A DNA stretch of 64,000 bases from the NCBI GenBank assembly GCA_028826165.1, contig JAPDFW010000063.1:372001-436000 (forward strand). The letters run 5' to 3'. Below the pieces are notes generated by a model. The model worked only from the letters and a program-made list of their open reading frames with translations, had not been told where the DNA came from and searched no databases. Source of the DNA: Anaeramoeba ignava BMAN. Lineage: Eukaryota; Protista; Anaeramoebae. Of this stretch, positions 12,861-25,164 are shown piece after piece (position 1 is the first letter of the stretch; each line of letters begins with the position of its first letter). A program made the translations under genes and the position numbers.

Positions 12861-13810
12861 TTTGAAGTTCATAAATAAATAAATTGATAGAATTATATAC
12901 AGAAATAATATCTTTAATTATTTTATCATTTGTATCTTTAATTAATAATAAAATATTAATAAATTTATTTTGGATTATTTTGGATTGTTCTTTTCCTTTT
13001 TAAAAATATATTTCCTTCTTTTGTTAAAATAGATTCATTTTTATTATAAATATTTAATTTTTAAATATTTTTAATTTGGATTTTTTGAAGGATTTTTATT
13101 TGAAGTTAATAAATAAATAAATTGATAGAATTATATACAAAAATAATATCTTGAATTATTCTATCATTTGTATCTTTAATTAATGATAAAATATTGATAA
13201 ATTCATTTTGGATTATTTTGGATTAATATTCTTTTCCTTTTAAAAATATATTTCTTTCTATTGTTAAAATAGATTCATTTTTACTATAAATATTTAATTT
13301 TTAAATATTTTTATTTTGAATTTTTTTGTTGTTGATTTGAAGTTAATAAATAAATAAATTGATAGAATTATATACAGAAATAATATCTTTAATTATTTTA
13401 TCATTTGTATCTTTAATTAATGATAAAATATTAATAAATTTATTTTGGATTATTTTGGATTAATATTCTTTTCCTTTTAAAAATATATTTCCTTCTTTTG
13501 TTAAAATAGATTCATTTGAATAATCAACAGTTAATTTTTGAATATTTTTAATTTGGATTTTTTGAAGGATTTTGATTTGAAGTTCATAAATAAATAAATT
13601 GATAGAATTATATACAGAAATAATATCTTGAATTATTTTATCATTTGTATCTTAAATTAATGATAAAATATTAATAAATTTATTTTTGGATTATTTTGGA
13701 TTAATATTCTTTTCCTTTTAAAAATATATTTCTTTCTTTTGTTAAAATAGTTTCATTTCTATTATAAATATTTAATTTTTGAATATTTTTATTTTGGATT
13801 TTTTTGTTGT
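12630..13810. repeat. ~237-bp tandem repeat (~5 copies) derived from RCC1-BTB coding sequence
   Basis: The unit TTGAAGTT..AAATTGA..TCTTTAATTATT..TGTATCTT..TTGTTAAAATAG recurs at about 12630, 12862, 13100, 13337 and 13577. It aligns to paralogue sequence at about 1625-1850. Confidence 0.85.
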
Positions 13811-14014
13811 TTAAAAAAAAAATGAAAAAATAAAGGAGAAAAAAAAAATAATTTTTCTTATTTATTTAATTTTCAATTTTTTGAAATAATTACATCTTTA
13901 AAAGTTTTTTTTTTTTTGTTTTTTTTTTTAATTAAAAAAAAATTTTTTTATTTTAATTTTTTTTTCATTTTTTTTTATCAATTTCAAAAAAAAAAAAATT
14001 AAAACAATTCTGAA

Positions 14015-15867
14015 ATGTTTAAATTATTTACACTTAAGAATACAACAAACACAGGAGGAGGACAAACAGGACATCGAGTTCATCCAGGCGAACTTAGAGT
14101 TCAAAAAGGTAAAAAAATTTAAAAATTAATTTATAAAATCAAAATTAAAATTAAAATTAAATTAAAATTAAAATTAAAATTAATTTATAAAATTAAAATT
14201 AAAATTATAATTAAAATTAAAATTAAAATTAAAATTAAAATTAAAATTAAAATTAAAATTAAAATTAAAATTAAAATTAATTTATAAAATTAAAATTAAT
14301 TTATAAAATTAAAATTAAAATTCATTTATAAAATTAAAATTAAAATTAAAATTAAAATTCATTTATAAAATTAAAATTAAAATTAAAATTAAAATTAAAA
14401 TTAAAATTCATTTATAAAATTAAAATTAAAATTAAAATTAATATTAAAATTAAAATTAAAAATTAAAATTAAAATTAAAATTAATTTATAAAATCAAAAT
14501 TAAAATTAAAATTAAAATTAAAATCAAAATTAAAATTGATATTAAAATTATAATTAAAATTAAAATTAAAATTAAAATTAATTTATAAAATTAAAATTAA
14601 AATTAAAATTAAAATTAAAATTAAAATTCATTTTATAAAATTAAAATTAAAATTAAAATTAAAATTAAAATTAAAATTAAAATTAAAATTAAAATTAAAA
14701 ATTAAAATTATTAAAATTAAAATTAAAATTAAAATTAAAATTAAAATTAAAATTAAAATTAAAATTAAAATTAAAATTAAAATTAAAATTAATATTAAAA
14801 TTTAAATTTAAAATTAAAATTAAAATTAAAATTAAAATTAAAATTAAAATTAAAATTAAAATTAAAATTTAAATTCATTTATAAAATTAAAATTAAAATT
14901 AAAATTAAAATTAAAATTAAAATTAAAATTAATATTAAAATTAAAATTAAAATTAATATTATAATTAAAATCAAAATTAAAAATTAAAAATTGAAATTAA
15001 AATTGAAATTAAAATTAATATTAAAATCAAAATTAAAATTAAAATTAAAATTAAAATTAAAATTAAAATTAAAATTAAAATTAAAATCAAAATTAAAATT
15101 AAAATTAAAATTAATATTAAAATTATAATAAAAATTAAAATTAAAATTAAAATTAAAATCAAAATTAAATTTAAAATTAAAATTAAAATTAAAATTAAAA
15201 TTAAAATAAAAATTAAAATTAAAATTAAAATTAAAATTAAAATTAAAATTAAAATTAAAAATTAAATTCATTTATAAAATTAAAATTAAAATTAAAAATT
15301 ATTTATAAAATTAAATTGTAAAACGTTTTTTATTCTTATTTAATCAATAAAACAGATTTAGATACTCTTGAACTTCCTCCATCAACAACAATCGAATATC
15401 CAGATAAAAATGATGTTTTGAACTTTAAAATTACAATGAAACCACAAGAAGGAATTTATAAAAATGGAGCTTTTACTTTTAGTTTTAAAATTCCAACTGA
15501 TTATCCACATATTGCTCCAAAAGTTCTTTGTGAAACTAAGATTTATCATCCAAACATTGATACAGAGGGAAACATTTGTTTGAACATTTTAAGAGATGAA
15601 TGGAAACCAATTCTTACTTTAAATTCTATTGTTTATGGTCTTCAATTTTTGTTTCTTGTAAAAAAATTAAACTTTAACATGAAATTTATTAAAAAAAATA
15701 TTTAAATTAAACTTTAACATGAAATTTATTATTATTAAAAAAAAAAAAAACAGGAACCAAATCCTGATGATCCTTTAAACAAAGAAGCAGCTGAACTTTT
15801 CAGAAAAGATAAATACCAATTCGAACAAAAAGTTAAAAGAACAATGAGAGGAGATTGGTATTATTAA
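14015..15867 (+). CDS. UBC12: NEDD8-conjugating enzyme Ubc12/UBE2M; exons 14015-14108, 15356-15657, 15754-15867
   Basis: MFKLFTLK N-terminus, GELRVQK|[29 protein letters not shown] and [14 protein letters not shown]. The GT-AG introns keep the frame. Confidence 0.93.
14135..15315. repeat. (AAAATT)n satellite filling UBC12 intron 1 (intron 14109-15355, 1247 nt)
   Basis: Direct inspection; includes AAAATC and ATTTATAAAATT variants. Confidence 0.95.
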
Positions 15868-16141
15868 ATTTTAAATTTTAAAATTTAAAATTTTCAAACA
15901 AAAAAAAAAGAATTTTGTTGGCATTTTTGCAATAATCTTATCCTTATCCTTATCCTTATCCTTTTTCCAAAAAAAAAAAGTTTTTCATTCTCTTTTTTTC
16001 TTTTCATTCTCTTTTTTCTTTTTTTCCTTTTTTTTTTTTTCTTTTAATTTTTGATTGGAATTGAATGACAAATAAAAATTTAAAAACTCAAAATTTCATG
16101 TTTTCATTTTTTTTGTTTTCATTTTTATTTTCATTTTAAAA

Positions 16142-17642
16142 ATGTCTGATAGTGAAAATGAAAGTAGTGATTCAAATTTTTTACCAGAAAATCAAGAAGA
16201 TTCAACAGAAAAACAAGCAAAAATTAAAAGAACAAGACAAAGAAAATCAGCTTTTTCACAACCGAATTTAGGGACTGAACAAAACTTATTGAATTCAGAT
16301 GAAATGGAATCAGATTCATTTATTGAAAAAGAAACAACATCTGATAATTCATCAGTTGCCAGTCCAACAAATAAAAACTTGGATAAGCAAAAAAATAAAA
16401 AAGAAAAAGAAAAAGAAAAAGAAAAAGAAAAATATGAAAATATCGACGAGTCAATGAAACTTGATATTCCAGAAGGATTCCCGCAATTAGACCCAAGCTT
16501 ACTGAACTACCAGAAAGTATATAAGATCAAAGATATGGACAATCATGAAATTACGCTTCAAGTTAAGGCCATTTCAAATAATGGAAAATCTCGAACTTTG
16601 AAGGAATTGATTGACTTGAAAAATGTTTTTTCAAATCAACTTCCCAAGATGCCCAAACCTTATATTGCCCGCGTCATTATGAACTACCCACATATTTCCA
16701 TCGTTCTTTTGAAAGGTGATGGGTGGGATAAACCCCCTGAAACCGTTATTGGCGGTATTGCCTTCCGACCATTTTTCGAAAGAAAATTTATCGAGATTGT
16801 TTTTTGTGCTGTTTCTTCAGACCATCAAGTCCGTGGAAACGGTCGGAGATTAATGAACCATTTCCAAGATTATGCGCAGAAAGTTCTTGGCATCTTCCAT
16901 GTTTTGACTTATGCTGATAACGATGCAATTGGATATTTTAAAAAAATGGGTTTCAATAGAAAAATTTCTTTGGATATTCAAGTTTGGAAAGGATTTATTA
17001 AGGATTATGAAGGTGGTACTCTTATGCATTGTATGATTTCTCCCAAAATTAATTATTTGGATTTGAATAAAATTATTGCTGCTCAAAAGAATCATTTGCA
17101 AAATATTTTGCAAGCGAGATTTAAAGATTTGGAATTATATCAAAATTCTAATTTTCCAAATTCGGATATACAAGGAATTGGTAATTATTTAATTTAATTT
17201 AATTATTTCATTTCATTTCATGTTAATATTTATTTTTAATTTATTTCATTTCATTTCATGTTTATATTTATTTTTAATTTATTTTTAATTTAAATTAGAT
17301 AAAAAAGAAAAATTAAAATTAGAAAAAAGAAAAGAACAAAATGAAATGAATAAAAAATACATTGAAATAGTAACTACACTTACAAAACACAAATCAGCTT
17401 GGCCTTTTCTTAAACCTGTTGATTTAAATGATGCTCCTGATTATTATGAAGTGATTAAAAAACCAATGGATTTAGATACTATTATGAAAAAAATAATTAG
17501 ATATCGATATATTAATAAAAAAATGTTCTTCTCTGATCTTGATGCTATTTTCTCTAATTGTAAAAAATATAATGCAAAAGAAACAACCTTTTATAAATGT
17601 GGCGAGGAACTTCAACAACTTTATGATAAATTAAAATTTTGA
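16142..17642 (+). CDS. GCN5: Histone acetyltransferase GCN5 (GNAT domain + bromodomain); exons 16142-17180, 17299-17642
   Basis: FSNQLPKMPKPYIAR, EIVFCAV..QVRGNG, LTYADNDAIGYFKKMGF and IKDYEGGTLM. Bromodomain SAWPFLKPV..APDYYEVIKKPMDL. The phase-1 intron 17181-17298 joins the two ORFs in frame. Confidence 0.95.
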
Positions 17643-17789
17643 ACAATTATCAAATTAAAGAAAAAGTGGAACAAAAAAAATTTATCACTTTTTTTTTTTT
17701 GTTTTTTGAATTCAATTTTTTTTTTTTTTTGATAATAAAAAATTCATTTTTCATTTTTTTATTTTTTTATTTTATTTTTTTTTTTATAA

Positions 17790-19142
17790 ATGACAGATTC
17801 TTCAATTCGTAAACATCCTTCAGATTTATTTCTTTCTCCAGAAGATTCTAAACATAGAAATGTAAAAATAATAAAAATTTTTCAAAAAATAAAAAAAATT
17901 TTTTTTTTCAAATTAAATCAATTTCTTCACTTTAAAATTTAGATAGAAACCCAAAAGGAAAAATGGAAACCAGCAGATCCCTCAGTTCTTTCAACTCGAA
18001 AGATTATTTCAAGAAGAAAAAAACCAGCAACAAATGCAAAAGAATCAACAGAAGAAAATACACAAAAAGAAACTGAAAAATCAAAAGAAAAAAAAGAAGA
18101 AGAAAAAATTAATAATAATAATAATAAAGAAACACCAAATAAAATTGAAATAACAGCAAAAGAAGAAACTCCAAAGACAAAACAAAATGAAGAGAACATT
18201 AAAACCCCAAATAATTCCCAAACGCCAAAAACTCAATTTTCATTGTTCCAGATCCAGAAATCTGGGTTCAATATAACAAGAAAACAAAATATTTTTGAGG
18301 AAAATCTTGTAAAAACTAATTCGCCAGTTACTCTCAATCTTCAAAGCACTCCAACTAATTTTCAGACATCAGGATTATTTTCTAAGAAGTTTGGAGAAAA
18401 TATTTCCAAGCCATTTTTAACAAAATCAACACCAAAACGTTCTTTATTTTCAGCTGGAAATTCAAATTTTTTAAAAAATATTAAAAATTCAAAAGAAAAT
18501 GAAAATTCAAAAAGAAAATGAAAAAGAAAATGAAAAAGAAAATGAAAAAGAAAATTCAAATGAAAATCAAAAAAATAATGAAAATGAAAATCAAAAGAAA
18601 ATCAAAAAAATAATGAAAATCAAAATCAAAAAAATGATTTAAATACTAATAATAAAATTGCAATTAAAAGCAATCTCAAAAAAATCACCAGTAATTCAAC
18701 TGCAAAAACTAAATTTGAACCTTTTGAAAAATATTCAGAAGATGGAGAAACAGTATATCAAGTGAGAGTAAAATTATTTTCACTTGACAAAATCAACAAA
18801 AAATGGCTTGAAAGAGCAACTTCCGATTTGAAAATTAATAAAAATACAAAAAACGAATACAGATTTCTTATTCGTGATGATCGTTCTTTAACAATTCGTT
18901 TAAATGTTTTAATTCAACCTGAAATGAAAATTGATGAAGTTGGCGATAAAAGTATTATTTTTATCGGTTTTGAATTCTATAATTCAGAACTTCAAACTAC
19001 TACTTTTCTTCTCAAAACTCAATCTCCTGAAAATACTCAAGCACTTTTAAAAAAAATTCATTCTATTCAAGAAGAATTGAAAAAAAACAAACAAAAAATT
19101 CAAGTTGATAAAAAAGATTTAATTGAAAAAAAAGAAAATTGA
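17790..19142 (+). CDS. Nup50/Nup2-like protein with C-terminal Ran-binding domain; exon 1 17790-17861, exon 2 from 17943; frameshift(s) at about 18510-18600
   Basis: N-terminal ADPSVLSTRKIISRRK resembles the Nup50/Nup2 motif. C-terminal EDGETVYQVRVKLFSLDKINKKWLERATSDLKIN..RFLIRDD..IRLN is typical of a RanBD. Confidence 0.7.
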
Positions 19143-19267
19143 ATTTGGAAAAGAAAAAGAAAAAGAAAATTAAAAAGCAAATAATCAAATTGTTTTTCTT
19201 TTTTTTTTCCATTCCAAAAAAAACAAATTAAAACTAAACAATCCAAATTGAAATTATTTTTTTTTAA

Positions 19268-22200
19268 TCATTTTTTGTTTACAATAGAAACTGATTGATT
19301 TGCTAAATCAAAATCATCAAGATCTATTTCTTCCAAATTATCTTCATTTTCATCACTTGTTTCTCCATATTGAGTAATTTTCAAAAGTGGATTTGCTTTT
19401 TCTGGTCTAAATTTATATCCAATTGTAACAAAAAACAAAAATGTTAATAATTCATCAAAAAAAGGAGCAATCCAAGTATATTTATAAGATAAGAGATGCT
19501 CTAAAAAAATAATAAGAATTCTTGTGGAATATCTAAATAAAATCAAAATTAATTTTTAAATTAAATTTTTCAATTTCCAATTTTCAATTTTTAATTTTCA
19601 ATTTTTAAATCACATAAAAGAAACTGTAAGAATATAAAATAATCTGAATAATTTTAATTTGCCAAGAATTCTTGAAATTGATTTATCAACATTTGCAACA
19701 CTTTTTAAGTGATTGATACTCCAAATAATTGGAAAGAGAATTAAACAAACACAAATAATATCAACTAAACGAAAAATAATTTCGTGTTTTTGAAGTCAAG
19801 GAAAATTAAAATGGAATAAAATTATTTGATTTTTTGTCATTTTGTTTTTAATATAAAGGATATCCAAATGTAAAAAGTTTTGGAAGAGTGATTTTGTTCT
19901 GTTATAACCACAAGTGCGATATTATCTAATATTTGAAGAGGTATTACAATTGCGAATAATCTTTTTTCTTTTAATGAAAGTGATTTTTTGAGAAAAGACC
20001 AACCTGTTCCAATTAAAATTATAACAATAAATGTTAAAACACCTTTGAAGCTATTATAAAAGAAAAATAGCAATTTTAATTTTAATTTTGATTTTGATTT
20101 TGATTTTGATTTTAATTTTGATTTAAATTTTGATTTTGATTTTGATTTTGATTTTGATTTTGATTTTGATTTTGAATTTAATTTGATTTTAATTTTGATT
20201 TTGATTTTAATTTTAATTTTGATTTTGATTTTAATTTTAATTTTAATTTTGATTTTAATTTAAATTTTAAATTTTAATTTGATTTTGATTTTGATTTTTG
20301 ATTTTGATTTTGATTTTTGATTTTGATTTTAATTTTAATTTTGATTTTAAATTTTGATTTTGATTTTGATTTTGATTTTAATTTTGATTTTAATTTTGAT
20401 TTTAATTTTGATTTTGATTTTGATTTTGATTTTGATTTTAATTTTGATTTTAATTTTAATTTTGATTTTAATTTATATTTTCATTTTAATTTTGATTTTA
20501 ATTTTAATTTTGATTTTGATTTTAATTTTAATTTGATTTTGATTTAATTTTGATTTTGATTTTGATTTTATTTGATTTGATTTATTTTGATTTTAATTTT
20601 AATTTTGATTTTGATTTAATTTTGATTTTGATTTGATTTTGATTTTGATTTTAATTTTGATTTAAATTTTGATTTTTGATTTTATTAATTTGAATTTGAT
20701 TTTAATTTTGATTTGATTTATTTTGATTTGATTTTAATTTTGATTTTAATTTTAATTTTGATTTTGATTTTAATTTTGATTTTGATTTAAATTTTGATTT
20801 TGATTTTGATTTTAATTTTGATTTTAATTTTGATTTTGATTTTGATTTTGATTTTGATTTTGATTTTAATTTTAATTTTAATTTTGATTTTAATTTTAAT
20901 TTAAATTTTGATTTTGATTTTGATTTTGATTTTGATTTTGATTTTGATTTTGATTTTTGATTTTGATTTTAATTTTGATTTCCTACAATGCAAAAATATA
21001 ATAAGGAATATTCCATCCATTTGGAACACCTGATTTCTGGATATCAAAATATTCAATTGAGAGAAATAAAACACAAAACATTTTTGAAATTAATAAAGCG
21101 GTCATCAAAAAATGAACTCTATTAATTTTTTGACTTATTTTTTAAACAGAACAAACATAAATAAACCAATCAAAAACCAAGTTCTTTTTTCTGAGTGGAA
21201 ATAATTTTGATTAAATTGTAATTGAATACTCTTTGTTTTTTCTTAAATAAATCAACCAAAATAAAGTAATCACAAAATAGAAGAAAAAAAACATTAAATA
21301 TGTGCCAGGTAAAGGAAATTCACCAACACTTAAATAATTAGGACCTTCATTATAAAGTGTAAGAACAAGCTTTTTTTAAGTTGATAAATAAATATTAAAA
21401 TGAATATTGAAATAAATATTAAAATAAATATTAAATTAAATATTAAAATAAATATTGAAATAAATATTAAAATAAATATTAAAATAAATATTAAATTAAA
21501 TATTAAATAAATATTAAATTAAATATTAAATTAAATATTAAAATAAATATTAAAATAAATATTAAAATAAATATTAAAATTAAATATTAAAATAAATATT
21601 ATAATAAATTTTAAAATAAATATTAAAATAAATATTAAATTAAATATTAAAATAAATATTATAATAAATATTAAATTAAATATTAAATTAAATATTAAAT
21701 ATGAAATAAATATTAAATTAAATATTAAAAATAAATATTAAAAATAAATATTAAAATAAATATTAAAATAAATATTAAAATAAATATTAAATTAAAATTA
21801 AAATAAATATTATAATAAATAAAAATTAAATATTAAAATAAATATTAAAATAAATATTAAAAAATTAAATATTAAAAATTAAATATTAAATTAAATATTA
21901 AAATAAATATTAAATTAAATATTAAAATTAAATATTAAAATAAATATTAAATTAAAATATTAAATTAAATATTAAATTAAATAATAAAAATAAATATCAA
22001 AAAATAAAATTAAAAAAAAATTAAAATAAATATTAAAATAAATATTAAAAATAAATATTAAAATAAATATTAAAAATAAATATTAAAAATAAATATTAAA
22101 AATAAATATTAAAAATAAATAATTATTAAATAAATATTAAATATTAAAAAAATATTAAAATAAATATTAAAAATAAATAAAATAAATATTAAAAATAAAT

Positions 22201-24758
22201 ATTAAAATAAATATTAAAATAAATATTAAAAAAATATTAAAAATTAAATATAAAATAAATATTAAATTAAATATTAAAAATAAATATTAAAATAAATATT
22301 AAAATAAATATTAAATATTAAAAAATAAAAATAAATATTAAAAATAAATATTAAAATAAATATTCAAATAAATATTAAAATAAATATAAAAATAAATATT
22401 AAAATAAATATTAAAATAAATATTAAATTAAATATTAAAATAAATATTAAAATAAATATTAAAATAAAATATTAAAATAAATATTAAAATAAATATTAAA
22501 TTTTGAAATAAAAAATTAAATATTAAAATAAATATTAAAATTAAATATTAAAATAAATATTAAATAAAAATAAAAAATTAAATAAATAAAAATAAATATT
22601 AAAATAAATATTAAAAATAAATATTAAAATAAATATTAAATTAAATATTAAAATAAATATTAAAATAAATATTAAATTAAAAATAAAAAATTAAAATTAA
22701 AAATATTGAAATAAATTTTAAAATAAATATTAAAATTAAATATTAAAATAAAATTAAAATAAATATTAAAATAAATATTAAATTAAAATTAAAAATAAAT
22801 ATTAAAAATAAATATTAAAAATAAATATTAAAATAAATATTAAAAATAAATATTAAAATAAATATTAAAAATAAATATTAAAATAAATATTAAAATTAAA
22901 TATTAAATTAAATATTAAAATTAAATATTAAAATATTAAAATAAATATTTTAAAATAAATATTAAAATAAATATTAAAATAAATATTAAAATAAATATTA
23001 AAATAAATATTAAAAATAAATATTAAAATAAATATAAAAATAAAATTAAAATAAATATTAAAATAAAATATTAAAATAAATAACAAATAAAAATTAAATT
23101 AAATTAAAATAAATATAAAAAAATAAATATTAAAATAAATATTAAAAAAAAAATTAAAAAAAAAAAATAAATATTAAAAAAAAAAAAAAAATAAAATAAA
23201 ATTAAAAAAATAAATATTAAAATAAATATTAAAAATAAATATTAAAATAAATATTAAAAATAAATATTAAAATAAATATTAAAATAAATATTAAAAATAA
23301 ATTAAAAATATTAAAATAATTATTAAAATAAATATTAAAATAAATATTAAAATAAATATTAAATAAATTAAATATTAAAATAAAAATAAATAATAAATAA
23401 AAATAAATATTAAAATAAAATTAAAATAAAATTAAATAAATATTAAATTAAATATTAAAAATAAATATTAAAAATAAATATTAAAATAAATATTAAAATA
23501 AATATTAAAATAAATATTAAAAATAAATATTGAAAATAAATAAAATAAATTAAATATTAAAAATAAATATTAAAATAAATATTAAAAATAAATATTAGAA
23601 TAAATATTAAAATAAATATTAAATAAATATTAAAATAAATATTAAAATAAATATTAAAATAAATATTAAAATAAAATTAAATTAAATAAAATTAAATATT
23701 AAAAATAAATATTAAAATAAATATTAAATTAAATATTAAAATAAATATTAAAATAAATATTAAAATAAATATTAAAATAAATATTAAAATAAATATTAAA
23801 TTAAATATTAAAATAAATATTAAAATAAATATTAAAATAAATATTAAAATAAATATTAAAATTAAATATTAAAATAAATATTAAAATAAATATTAAATTA
23901 AATATTAAAATTAAATATTAAATTAAATATTAAAATAAATATTAAAATAAATATTAAATTAAATATTAAAATAAATATTAAATTAAATATTAAAATAAAT
24001 ATTAAAATTAAATATTAAAATAAATAAATATTAAAATAAATATTAAAATTAAATATTAAAATAAATATTTAAAATTAAATATTAAAATAAATATTAAATT
24101 AAATATTAAAATTAATATTAAAATAAATATTAAAATAAATATTAAATTAAATATTAAATTAAATATTAAACTAAATATTAAAATAAATATTAAATAAATT
24201 TTGTAAATAAATTCTTTAAATAAATCAGTTCGTTAAATCAATTTGAGCATCTATTTACATCAAAAGAGACAGAAAGATCTTCACAATTTCTATACCAAAT
24301 AAGATATTCACCTTCTTGTGATTCATTTATTTTGATTTTCCATTCAAATCCTTTTCTCCATTCTGATTCATTTGCAACAATAACAAATTTACGAATATTT
24401 TCAAAAGGACATTTAACCATATTATGATTTTCTAAATCATTTTCCAAAAATTTATGAATTATAAATCCTATATTTGGTTGTTCATGAGGATTAATATGTC
24501 TTGAGAACTTAAAAGTTGATTTATTCAAGAAAAAATTATTTTTTTTCAATAAATTTCTTTTTTAGTTTTTTTTTATTTTTATCATAAAATTCAAACTGTA
24601 AGTGAATTAATTTTAAATTTAATTATTCCATTTGGATCAAATCCAAACTTCTTTAATAAAAATCCTTCTCTTTTATCATCTTCAATTTTAAAATTTGATA
24701 TTCTACAAGAAACAAAAGAAATGAAAAAGAAAAAAATTATTAACAAGTTTTTTTTCAT
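19268..24758 (-). CDS. GPR107: GPR107/GPR108 (Lung 7-TM, GOST family); exons 24758-24597, 24507-24259, 21369-21230, 21133-20987, 20050-19864, 19783-19614, 19532-19268
   Basis: Signal peptide, then NYLSVGEFPLP, RVHFLMTALL, ILIGTGWSFLK, IPLQILDNIA, LVDIICVCLILFPIIWSINHL, YSTRI and GYKFRPEKANPLL. All exon phases are compatible. GPR107 versus GPR108 cannot be resolved by eye. Confidence 0.88.
19784..19863 (-). other. U12-type (minor spliceosome) AT-AC intron, 80 nt
   Basis: 5' site |ATATCCTTT, branch box TTCCTTGAC (A at 19796) and 3' end AAAACAC|. Splicing gives W|EIIFRLVD in frame. The intron contains no GT or AG. Confidence 0.9.
20070..20980. repeat. (ATTTTG/ATTTTA)n satellite in GPR107 intron 4
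   Basis: Direct inspection. Confidence 0.95.
21390..24195. repeat. ~2.8-kb, almost pure A/T satellite (unit ~AAATAAATATTA, 12 bp) in GPR107 intron 2 (2889 nt)
   Basis: Direct inspection. Confidence 0.95.
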
Positions 24759-24849
24759 TTGATTTTCAAACAAAAAAAAAAAAAAGAAAAGTGAAAAAAA
24801 AATAAAAATATCCATTTTTAAGATATTGTTTAGATAATGTTTAGGTAAT

Positions 24850-25110
24850 GTTTTAGATATTTTTTAACAATATTTTAGATATTATTTTAGATATTATTTT
24901 AGATAATATTTTAGATATTATTTTAGATATTATTTTAGATATTATTTTAGATATTATTTTAGATATTATTTTAGATATTATTTTAGATATTATTTTAGAT
25001 ATTATTTTAGATATTATTTTAGATATTATTTTAGATATTATTTTGATATTTTTAATATTATTTTAATATATTATTTTAGATATTTTTAATATTATTTTAA
25101 TATATTTTTT
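24850..25110. repeat. 12-bp tandem repeat (TATTTTAGATAT)n
   Basis: Near-perfect from 24871 to 25045, with degenerate flanks. Confidence 0.9.
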
Positions 25111-25164
25111 TGATATTTTTAATATATTCTTAAAATATTTTTGGATAATATTTTTGGATTCAAA

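Noticed and set aside
15938-15962. (TTATCC)4 as a telomere-like repeat or U12 donor signal
   Set aside because: It is only four units, intergenic, and not at an exon boundary.
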